From NCBI RefSeq assembly GCF_028368995.1, contig NZ_JAQNDL010000001.1, forward strand, positions 2,720,001 to 2,784,000: DNA of 64,000 nucleotides, given 5' to 3'. Below are positions 56,224 through 64,000 of this stretch, piece by piece. The stretch comes from Nannocystis bainbridge (lineage in GTDB: Bacteria > Myxococcota_A > Polyangia > Nannocystales > Nannocystaceae). A model generated the notes under the pieces. It saw only the letters and a list, made by a program, of their open reading frames with translations. It did no database searches and was not told the DNA's origin. Each line of letters opens with the position of its first letter. Position 1 is the stretch's first letter. The position numbers were made by a program, and so were the translations under genes.

Positions 56224-56267
56224 GTGTTGACCGACTCTCGAGAATGAAAAACTGTTCATGATCGCCT

Positions 56268-57686
56268 TCACTTCCCGGCCACGTCTCGGTCCTCGAAGGC
56301 GGACCACCCTCGCTGGTCGCCCGCGCGCGGTCCCCAGCCCGCGGCGGCGATCGGGACGCCCAGCTCGAGGGCGACAAAGTCGAGGAATTCTCGGCTTTCA
56401 GGGCTATCCGGGCCGTCCCAGCCCGGCAGCCGGCGCCACCGCGGGCGCGCCTGGAGGAGCCCGCGGGTGGCCTCGGCGCGGAGCTCGAGGCTGCCGGTGA
56501 CCGGGGCGAACTCGCGCACGACGGCGCCGTCGATGAAGACCCAGGCGTCGCAGACGGAGATCTGCCGCCGCCCGGCGAGGCTGTCGAGATGCGTGACGAC
56601 GAGGCCATCGACGCGACCGGCGATGGCGAGGCCGAGGCGGGCGGCGACGAGGTCGAACCAGCCGACGCGCATGGGGCCCTGCCACGGACCCGGGAGGTTG
56701 TGCGGCTCGGGGAGCGCGAGCGCGGGGTCCTCGGCGACGAAGGGCCCGGGGCCGTGGCGGGTGCCGTAGGCCCGCAGGACGCCGAGGCGGCGCAGCGGGG
56801 CGCTCGCGGGGACCTCGGCGCACAGGGCCTCGGCCTGGGCGAAGCGCACGGATGAAGGGGTGACGTGGGGGAAGAAGCCGTGCTCGGCGTCCAGTAGCGC
56901 GCCGTGGGCCCCCTCGAACACGACCGCGGACGGGTCAGCCGCGAGGGCGGCGCGCAGCTGCTCGCCCTCGTCGACGGCGAGCCGCGCGGCGATCGCGAGG
57001 TAGGCGTCGGCGACGACGTCGGCGAGGTCGGGGCGCGCGAGCTCGGCGACGAGCGGGGCGATCGCGGGCACGGAGGCGCGCTCGGCCAGCTGCTCGGCGC
57101 GGTCGAGCTTGAGCAGCTGGATCTGCCGCAGCGCGCGGACCAGCGCCGGACGGTCGCCCTTGAGCGCGCCGACGCGGAGGACCACGGCGTGCGGGTTGTG
57201 AGCGTCGCGCCAGGCCGGGCCGACGCCGAGGCCGCAGCTGCCGTGGCGATCTGTCCCTCGGGACAGCTCCTCGATGCGGCCGAGCAGGCGGTGGAACGGG
57301 GTGACGACGACGCAGCGGACGTCGACGACGAGGCCGGACCAGGGGTCGACGAGGCCCGCCGCCTGCAAGGCCTCGGCCTCGCGCGCCAGCGCCAGCGGCT
57401 CGACGAGCATGAAGCGGCTCAGGCAACTGCGCGCCCCGGCGAGCGCGCCGGCGCCGAATTGGGCGAAGCAGTGGACACGGCCGCCGGGGTCGACGACGTG
57501 GTGGGCCGCCTGCGGGCCGCCGTTGAAGCGGACCACCAGCGGCCGCCCGCGTCGGCGCGCGAGGGCGTCGACGACGGCGCCCTTGCCCTCGTCGCCGAAG
57601 CCGCAGCCGAGGACGGCGACAGGTCCTTCGGGACAGGTTCCAAGTGCCAGGTCACCCACCACGGACGCGCCGGGGCAGGCTGGCAC
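56268..57686 (-). CDS. Divergent adenylosuccinate synthetase-like protein
   Basis: GFGDEGKG, RFNGGPQAAH, FEGAHGALLD, FPHVT, RVGWFD, THLD. Confidence 0.85.
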   Translation of the reverse strand: MPACPGASVVGDLALGTCPEGPVAVLGCGFGDEGKGAVVDALARRRGRPLVVRFNGGPQAAHHVVDPGGRVHCFAQFGAGALAGARSCLSRFMLVEPLALAREAEALQAAGLVDPWSGLVVDVRCVVVTPFHRLLGRIEELSRGTDRHGSCGLGVGPAWRDAHNPHAVVLRVGALKGDRPALVRALRQIQLLKLDRAEQLAERASVPAIAPLVAELARPDLADVVADAYLAIAARLAVDEGEQLRAALAADPSAVVFEGAHGALLDAEHGFFPHVTPSSVRFAQAEALCAEVPASAPLRRLGVLRAYGTRHGPGPFVAEDPALALPEPHNLPGPWQGPMRVGWFDLVAARLGLAIAGRVDGLVVTHLDSLAGRRQISVCDAWVFIDGAVVREFAPVTGSLELRAEATRGLLQARPRWRRLPGWDGPDSPESREFLDFVALELGVPIAAAGWGPRAGDQRGWSAFEDRDVAGK

Positions 57687-57809
57687 GAGCCGGCCGCGCC
57701 GGTCAAGCCGCGCGGCCCCGTGCGCGATCTGGGGCGCCGCGACGGCCAGGTGAACGAGTCTTCAGCGCGAGCGGCGCGGGGGAGCGCAGCGGGACGTCGA
57801 AGGGCTGCC

Positions 57810-57951
57810 TGGCTCTCGGGACATGTCGATGCGGAGACGGCGGCGCGCGAGTCACGGGTAACATGTCTCTCGGGACATGATGAATCGTGAACGGTTCGAT
57901 AACATGTCCATCAGGACATGATGAATGCGACATGTCCATCAGGACATGTCG
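57810..57951. repeat. 14-bp palindrome clusters upstream of the purA-like gene
   Basis: CATG at 57862/57876 and 57903, 57917, 57931, 57945; TGTCC-ATCA-GGACA twice. Confidence 0.85.
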
Positions 57952-57987
57952 CAATCATGCAGCAGGCCATGCTCGCCGCGGCCGCGC

Positions 57988-58740
57988 TCACGCGCCGTAG
58001 TCGAGCGTGCCGCTGACCACCAGCGCCGCGTGGCGCTTGAGCCAGGCCGTCACCGCGTCGCGGTGGTGCAGCTCCTGGACCAGCGGCTCGCGCAGCTTGT
58101 GGACCAGCGCGGTCTCGCCGAAGTCGTCGGCGATGTCGACCAGCTGCTCCCACGACGCGCTGTCGACCAGCTCGGCGACCAGGTGAGCGTGCAGCGCCTG
58201 CGGCAGGGTCGTGCGTGGGTCGGACACCACCTGGACGATGCCGGCCAGCTCGACGCCCGCGAGGTCGGCCGAGGGCGTGACCGCGGTCGGGTCGGCGCCG
58301 AGGTTGATGAGGACGTCCTGCAGCAGCGCGAAGTGGTGGGCCTCGTCGGCGCGGAACTCGGCCAGCTCCGCGAGCGTCGGCCCGCCCTCCCAGCTGCCCT
58401 GCGCCTCGCACTTGGCGATCAGCGCGTCGAACAGGCGCACGCCGGTGCGCTCGAACGCGAGGCGCTCGCCGAGCTTGTCGAGCAGCAGGTGGACCCGGTG
58501 CCGCGGCACCGGCGTGCCGCCGGCGTTCTCGACCACGCGCAGGCTGGCCGGCGCCGGCATGTGACCGATCAGCCCGACCTCGCCGGCGTACTGGCGCCGC
58601 ACCTCGGCGAGCGCGCGGGCGCAGCCGGGTGAGCTCGGGGCCTCGCGCGCTCCCTCGACCACGGCGGGTCCGTCGGTCGGCGAGAGGTAGATGCCGGTGC
58701 GGTTGAGGGCGAGGTCGGTGGGTCTTTGGACGCGGTTCAT
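57988..58740 (-). CDS. Ferritin-like domain protein
   Basis: NRTG N-terminus, DKLGERLAFERTGVRL, DEAHH, AELVD, QELHH. Confidence 0.85.
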   Translation of the reverse strand: MNRVQRPTDLALNRTGIYLSPTDGPAVVEGAREAPSSPGCARALAEVRRQYAGEVGLIGHMPAPASLRVVENAGGTPVPRHRVHLLLDKLGERLAFERTGVRLFDALIAKCEAQGSWEGGPTLAELAEFRADEAHHFALLQDVLINLGADPTAVTPSADLAGVELAGIVQVVSDPRTTLPQALHAHLVAELVDSASWEQLVDIADDFGETALVHKLREPLVQELHHRDAVTAWLKRHAALVVSGTLDYGA

Positions 58741-59942
58741 GATCCGGTCGCTTTCAGCGGGGGGAGGACGGAGGCGTCGCGGATCCGCGGGTCCGCGAGC
58801 TCGGTGCCGGGCGACCAGCGATAGCCGGCGGCCACGGTCTCGGACGGCGAGCCCTCGCGCTCCAGCTGGGCGCGATAGCTCTGGGTGGCCCGCGACTCGG
58901 CGTCGCGCGGCACGAACTCGGTGCCCGCGGCCCCGAGCTCGAGCTCGGCGGCCAGGACCTCGCGGATGAACGCGCGCTCGCCGGTGAACGCGAGCGGGTC
59001 GCCGAAGCTCGTCGGCACGACCTCGGAGGCGTCGCGCAGCTCGGTCTTCTCGTAAAGCTCGCGGACGAGCCGCAAGTGCTCGATCTCGTAGGCGAGGAAG
59101 CGCTCCCACACCGCCCGCACCCGCGGGTTCGTCTCCGACGCGAGGCAGCCCCAGTACAAGTAGACCTCGGCGGCCTCCTGCAACAGCCACCGCTCGAGCC
59201 AGGTCTCGGCCGGATCGATCAACGACTCGCACTGCGTGACGTGCTGCTCCTTGACCGAGGCGAGCTCGGCGTAGAGCTGGCGCGCGACCGGGTCGGCGAA
59301 GGTCGGGCCGACGTCGAGGTAGTGATCGCGGACCTGGTAGGCGAGGGCGCTGGCGATCCGCGCGTGCAGCTTGGTCGTCGGCGCGGTCGCGCAGCGGTCG
59401 TACCAGCGGCGCAGGTCGTCCTCGGGCGCGCGGTGCTGGGTGGCGGTCGGCCGGCCCGGGCGGATGTCGGTGTACGACTGGAGGATCGCGTTGGCGTCGC
59501 GGCCCTCGAGGCGATCCATCAGCGCGGCGAGGCGGTAGAGGTGATCGAAGTCCTCGAGCAGGCCGAGGCGCAGCGCCTGGGCGACGTATGGGTCGGGCTC
59601 GCAGCGGGCCATCTGGGCCCCGACCTCGACCGCGGCCTGGGCCATGGCGATCGAGCACTCGAGCGGCGACTGGTCGGCGGGCTGCAGCCAGCGCAGCAGC
59701 GTGGCCTGGTGGTGCTCGACGCGACGGAGGTCGGCGAGCAAGATCCGGTGCTCGGCGCCGAAGTGCACGGCGGCGTGCTGGAAGCGCACCGCCGCCTGTT
59801 CACCGGCGTAGCCGACGATCAGCCGGACGCGCGTGAAGGCCTCGTCGTCGAGCTTGCTGATCGGCTCGCGCACCAGGTCCTTCCACGTGAACACCTGGCG
59901 CGCGAGCGGGGTGCCATGCTCTCGCAGCAGATCGAGGGTCAT
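58737..59942 (-). CDS. Conserved hypothetical protein with tandem ferritin-like domains
   Basis: E..H motifs (VEHHQ, EDFDHLYR, EQHVTQ, EIEHL); ATGA overlap with the next gene. Confidence 0.75.
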   Translation of the reverse strand: MTLDLLREHGTPLARQVFTWKDLVREPISKLDDEAFTRVRLIVGYAGEQAAVRFQHAAVHFGAEHRILLADLRRVEHHQATLLRWLQPADQSPLECSIAMAQAAVEVGAQMARCEPDPYVAQALRLGLLEDFDHLYRLAALMDRLEGRDANAILQSYTDIRPGRPTATQHRAPEDDLRRWYDRCATAPTTKLHARIASALAYQVRDHYLDVGPTFADPVARQLYAELASVKEQHVTQCESLIDPAETWLERWLLQEAAEVYLYWGCLASETNPRVRAVWERFLAYEIEHLRLVRELYEKTELRDASEVVPTSFGDPLAFTGERAFIREVLAAELELGAAGTEFVPRDAESRATQSYRAQLEREGSPSETVAAGYRWSPGTELADPRIRDASVLPPLKATGS

Positions 59943-60070
59943 GGCGAGAGGTGTGACCGGGTCGTTCGCTCAGGCAAGCTCAGGCGCGGGCAGGCGACCG
60001 CAGACGGCGCGAGCGCCGGAGGTCCGGACCGCGTCCGCGGCGGCGGACGCCGGCGAGGTCGACGCCGCGG

Positions 60071-60760
60071 TCATCGCGCGCGGCGGTCGAGCAGCTCGCC
60101 GCTCATGCCGGCGGCCGCGTCGCTGGCGAGGAACACGAGGTCGCCCGCGCCGAGCTCCGGGTCGTCGTCGGGCACGACCGCGTTGACGCGGACCTTGACG
60201 CGCGTGAGGTTGTTGGCGAGCGAGCGCGTGCAGGTGCCGATGGCGGCCCGGATCGCCTCGTCGTCGCGCACCGGGTCGTCGGGCGATCGCGGCGAGGCGG
60301 TGTTGACGATGCTCGCACCTGGCCGATCGCGCAGGTACGGCAACAGCCGGCGGGTCAAGAAGAACAGCGAGAAGAAGCTCGGCGGGGCCCGGCGCGCGAC
60401 CAGGTTGTTGACCAGCACGTCGACGCCGCCGAACCGCGCGACCGCCCCGGCGACCAGCGCCTCGCAGAAGCCCGGGTCGTCGACGTCGCCGCACACGGCC
60501 AGGCACGCCCGGCCCTCGCGCTCGACGGCGCGCACCAGCGCCTGGGCGTCGCCGTGGCCCGCGAGATGGGTGAAGACGACGTCGGCGCCCTCGCGGGCGA
60601 ACCGGATCGCGGCCGCGCGGCCGATGCCGGTGTCTCCCCCCGTGATCAGCGCGACCTTGCCGACCAGAGCGCGGCCCCGCCGGGCCGCCGGCGACGAGGG
60701 CTCGCGCGCGCAGGCCCGGCGCGGCGGGTCCACGGCGGAAATTTCGGCGGGATCGTCCAT
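60071..60760 (-). pseudogene. Degenerate SDR oxidoreductase (YghA/YdaD-like)
   Basis: TGGDTGIG, DVLVNN, SIVNTAS and RVNAV.P are present, but there is no YxxxK and internal segments appear missing; frame still open. Confidence 0.6.
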
Positions 60761-60971
60761 ATACGGGTCTTTGGCCGGGGTCCGACGGCCTCGCAAGGAA
60801 AAGCGCAGGGGCCTGTGATCCGTTGCGTACCCTCGTGACACTACCTTCCTGCGACGACCGAGCCGGGCGCGGTCGTGCGCCGCACCGGTGGTATTCCGGG
60901 CGACTATCCCGGCCATCGTCGAACAGCCGCCCCTATTTTATCTGCGGCTCCGGATCGGCGCTATTCGTATG

Positions 60972-60995
60972 GGACATGTCCGTTAGGACATGCAA
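60972..60995. repeat. 14-bp palindrome pair in a divergent intergenic region
   Basis: TGTCC-GTTA-GGACA; CATG at 60975 and 60989. Confidence 0.72.
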
Positions 60996-61119
60996 GCGGG
61001 ATAGACAACTCGCGGCGTATGAGCCCGCGGTCGCTGAGGGACGGGATAACTCACGGACCTCAGCGCCCGCCGCGGATCCAACCCCACGGCGGCCGTTTAT
61101 GGCCTGCTATCGTGCGGGG

Positions 61120-62859
61120 ATGCGTATCCGTTCGCGGCTCGTCGCAGCGTTCATACTCATCGCCGGCTGCGGCGATTCGACGGCAAACACCGGCACGAGC
61201 GAGGGGACGAGCTCGACCGGTGAGCCCTCGTCTTCGTCGTCGACGACGGTCGAGACCCCGACGACCACCGGGACCACCGGGCCAGCTGCGTGCGCGCCCG
61301 GTGTGCTCGAATGCGTCAGCGAGACCGAGGTCGCCGAGTGCGGGCCCGACGGCCAGTTCGGCGCGCCGGTGGCCTGCCCCGACGGAGGCGTCTGCGTCGA
61401 CGGGAGCGGCTGCGTCGGCTGCGAGCCCGGGGCGGTCCGTTGCGAGGGCGACGCGCTGCAGCAGTGCAGCGAGGCCGGCGCGTGGGAGGACCAGCTCACC
61501 TGCAGCGCGGCCCAGGGGCTGACCTGCGACGCCGCGGCGATGACCTGCGCGGGCGCGTGCGCGCCGGAGCTGCTGCCCCGGACCGCCTCGGGCTGCGAGT
61601 TCTACGCCCTGACCGCGCTGCAGCTGGGCGAGAACGGCTCGATCTTCGCGGTCGTGATCGAGAACCCGAACGACAGCCCGGTCACCGTCACGATCTCGCA
61701 GAACGAAGACTTCACGCCGGTGATCGAGACGGTCGACGCCGACAGCTTCCGCGTGATCGAGCTGCCCTTCACGCTGAACCTGTCGACCGCGCTGGTCGGC
61801 AAGCTCGAGTTCGACGGGGCCTACCACATCGAGAGCGACCTGCCGGTGCAGGTGGTCCAGTACAACACGTTCAACCTGTCAGCCTCGGCCGACAGCGCGC
61901 TGCTGTGGCCGCGGCACACGTGGGGCACCGACTACTTCGTGTCGTCGTACCCGGCGACCGAGGTCCCGAGCGGCTTCTATCACGGGGCGTGGGCGGTGGT
62001 CGCCGGCGCCGACAAGCTGTCGGTCGAGGCGACCGCGCTGCCGGGCACCAAGTCGAAGGCCGGGCCGGGCATCGGCGTCGACGGCAGCGGCAAGGCGCCG
62101 CTCAACGCCGGCGACGTGCTGCAGATCGTCAGCGACGACGACGGCGACCTCACCGGCACGCGCCTGGTCGCCGACAAGCCGATCCAGGTGCTCGGCGGCC
62201 ACGAGTGCAGCTTCATGCCGGTGGGCGTCGGCTACTGCGACCACCTCGAGGACATGATGCTGTCGGTGCCGCAGCTGGGCACGGAGTACGTGATCGTGGC
62301 CCCGTCGCGGCACAACCCGCCGACGCTGCGCCGCGACCAGGTGGTGCGCGTGGTGGCCAGCGCGCCGAACACCGAGCTGACGTTCGAGCCGCCGATCTTC
62401 CCGCCGATGACGATCGCGGGCGCGGGCGAGTTCGTCGAGCTGGGGCCGAGCAGCGAACACTTCGCGCTCGTCAGCAGCGCGCCGGTGCTGGTGACGCAAT
62501 ACATGGTCGGCTCGACCCATGTGGGCGACTTCACCGACCCGGCGATGCTGGTGACGCTGCCGGTGACCCGCTGGCACGGCACGCACTACGTGCACGCCCT
62601 GCCCGCCTGGCTCCCGGTCGACGTCGACATCGTCGCGCCCACCGGCGCGACGGTCATGGTCGACGGCGCGCCGGTGGCCGGCTTCCAGGACCTCGGCGAC
62701 GCGCCCTACCAGACCGCGCACGTCCGCTTCGACGAGGACGACGGGCTGGTCGAGATCGCCGCCGACCAACCGATCTTCGTGAGCGTCTACGCGACCCGCT
62801 CGGACGCGCCCGCGAGCAGCTTCTGGCACAGCACCGGCGGCCTGCTCGCGCCCGAGTAG
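61120..62859 (+). CDS. IgGFc-binding-protein-type lipoprotein
   Basis: IAGC lipobox, Cys-rich repeats, GCEFY, SADSALL.P..WGTDY, DLTGT, CDHLED, DPAM. Confidence 0.88.
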   Translation: MRIRSRLVAAFILIAGCGDSTANTGTSEGTSSTGEPSSSSSTTVETPTTTGTTGPAACAPGVLECVSETEVAECGPDGQFGAPVACPDGGVCVDGSGCVGCEPGAVRCEGDALQQCSEAGAWEDQLTCSAAQGLTCDAAAMTCAGACAPELLPRTASGCEFYALTALQLGENGSIFAVVIENPNDSPVTVTISQNEDFTPVIETVDADSFRVIELPFTLNLSTALVGKLEFDGAYHIESDLPVQVVQYNTFNLSASADSALLWPRHTWGTDYFVSSYPATEVPSGFYHGAWAVVAGADKLSVEATALPGTKSKAGPGIGVDGSGKAPLNAGDVLQIVSDDDGDLTGTRLVADKPIQVLGGHECSFMPVGVGYCDHLEDMMLSVPQLGTEYVIVAPSRHNPPTLRRDQVVRVVASAPNTELTFEPPIFPPMTIAGAGEFVELGPSSEHFALVSSAPVLVTQYMVGSTHVGDFTDPAMLVTLPVTRWHGTHYVHALPAWLPVDVDIVAPTGATVMVDGAPVAGFQDLGDAPYQTAHVRFDEDDGLVEIAADQPIFVSVYATRSDAPASSFWHSTGGLLAPE

Positions 62860-62860
62860 C

Positions 62861-62958
62861 GGCCCCCAAGGACATGCTCCTCGGAGCATGTCCCCGAGAG
62901 CATGTCCAATGTGACATGCTCTTTTGAACATGCTCTTCGGTGCATGACCGAGCGAGCG
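62861..62958. repeat. Six- to seven-unit 14-bp palindrome array between convergent genes
   Basis: CATG at 62873, 62887, 62901, 62915, 62929, 62943. Confidence 0.92.
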
Positions 62959-62984
62959 GGACGAGACCCGCGTCCGATCCGCGT

Positions 62985-64000
62985 TCACTCGACCCGCGCG
63001 CCGACGAACGCGTGACCCCGGAGGTCGCTGGCGGGCGCGTCGACGTCGGCGAACAGGAACGTGAACCCGCCGAGCTCCGGCCGCCCCGCGGCGACGAAGC
63101 GATCGTCGCCCGCGTGCTCGAGCCCGACTTCGAACCCGAGCCCCGACAGCCGCAGGCCGGCGCCGTGCGCCGCGATCGTCACGGCCGCGCCGGAGCGATC
63201 GGCGCGGTACGTGCCGGCGTAGCGTCCAGCGGGGCCCATCGGCGCAGCAGGCTCGGGCGCCACGTCCAGGACCTCTTGCAGGATGGTGACGAGGGTCGCC
63301 CGCAGCGGCACGCCGTCGTTGCTCAGCACCGCGGCGTAGAACCCTCGCTCCGGCACGAAGATCAGGTCGGCCGCGAAGTCCCCGGTCGCGCCGCTGTGAC
63401 CGTAGATCGCCGGCCCGCCGGTACTTGTCCGCACGCGCACGCCGAGCCCGTAGCGCTCGCCGGGCCGCTCGCCGGTCGGCACCTCCGCAGCCAGCAGCTC
63501 GCCGCGCGCCGCCAGCGACAGCGGCGAGCGGCCGGGATCGAAGAGGCCCTGCACCGCCGTCACGAGCTCGGCCGCCGAGACGATCGCGCCGCCGGCGGGG
63601 ATGGTCCAGCGCGCGGCGCCTGTCCCGAGGGCCAGGTCTTCGACGACGCTGAAGGCCCGGGCCTGTTGGCCGCGCCCGAGGTGGCCGCAGGCGGCACCGG
63701 TCTGCAGGGCCCTGTGCGGATCGATCACCGCGTCCCCGAGCCCGAGCGGCGCCAGCAGCTCGTCGACGAGCAGGCGCGAGAACTCGACCCCCCGCAGCCG
63801 CGCCAGGGCGGCGCCGACGAGCGCGTAGCCGTCGCTCGAGTAGCTCCACAGCGCCCCGGGCTCGCGCCACAGCGGCCGCTCGCCGAGCCCGAGCAACCAG
63901 TCGGCGCCGAGCTCCAGCGGCGACGGGTCGGGCACGCCGGCGGTGTGCGTCAAGAGCTGCCGCCAGGTGATCGCCGCGGCCCGCTCGTCGACCCCCGCGG
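62985..64000 (-). CDS. Serine hydrolase, beta-lactamase/AmpC family (5' part outside the window)
   Basis: ITWRQLLTHTAG, WSYSS.GY, PAGG, YGLG, GHSG. Confidence 0.88.
   Translation of the reverse strand, partial: AGVDERAAAITWRQLLTHTAGVPDPSPLELGADWLLGLGERPLWREPGALWSYSSDGYALVGAALARLRGVEFSRLLVDELLAPLGLGDAVIDPHRALQTGAACGHLGRGQQARAFSVVEDLALGTGAARWTIPAGGAIVSAAELVTAVQGLFDPGRSPLSLAARGELLAAEVPTGERPGERYGLGVRVRTSTGGPAIYGHSGATGDFAADLIFVPERGFYAAVLSNDGVPLRATLVTILQEVLDVAPEPAAPMGPAGRYAGTYRADRSGAAVTIAAHGAGLRLSGLGFEVGLEHAGDDRFVAAGRPELGGFTFLFADVDAPASDLRGHAFVGARVE

Noticed and set aside
56268-57686. PurZ (2-aminoadenine synthesis)
   Set aside because: The catalytic Asp in GDEGKG is retained and there is no phage context.

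Overview
High-GC bacterial chromosomal DNA that looks myxobacterial (Nannocystis-like, inferred from MYXO-CTERM-type C-termini, many Thr/Gly/Asp-linker lipoproteins and an IgGFc-type protein). It carries about 45 CDS and one tRNA-Gly(CCC): an RND pump plus NRDE, an hcrCAB-like molybdenum reductase, a beta-helix/diheme cytochrome pair, phoD, lolA-ftsK, a benzoate-CoA-ligase-family gene, argS, two hybrid kinases, NlpC/P60, CapA, ppk2, a divergent purA and ferritin-like genes. I found no transposase, phage or cas genes. The strongest unexplained signal is non-genic: a 14-bp palindromic unit, TGYYY-N4-RRRCA (best form TGTCC-N4-GGACA), concatenated head-to-tail so that CATG recurs at an exact 14-bp period. 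About 20 such clusters occur roughly every 2-4 kb, with none noticed at ~41.6-50.3 kb. They sit between convergent genes, over stop and start codons, and in frame inside proteins, and the same unit is the core of longer 42-47 bp and ~57 bp repeats. All positions were counted by eye and all products are motif-based inferences, not database results.
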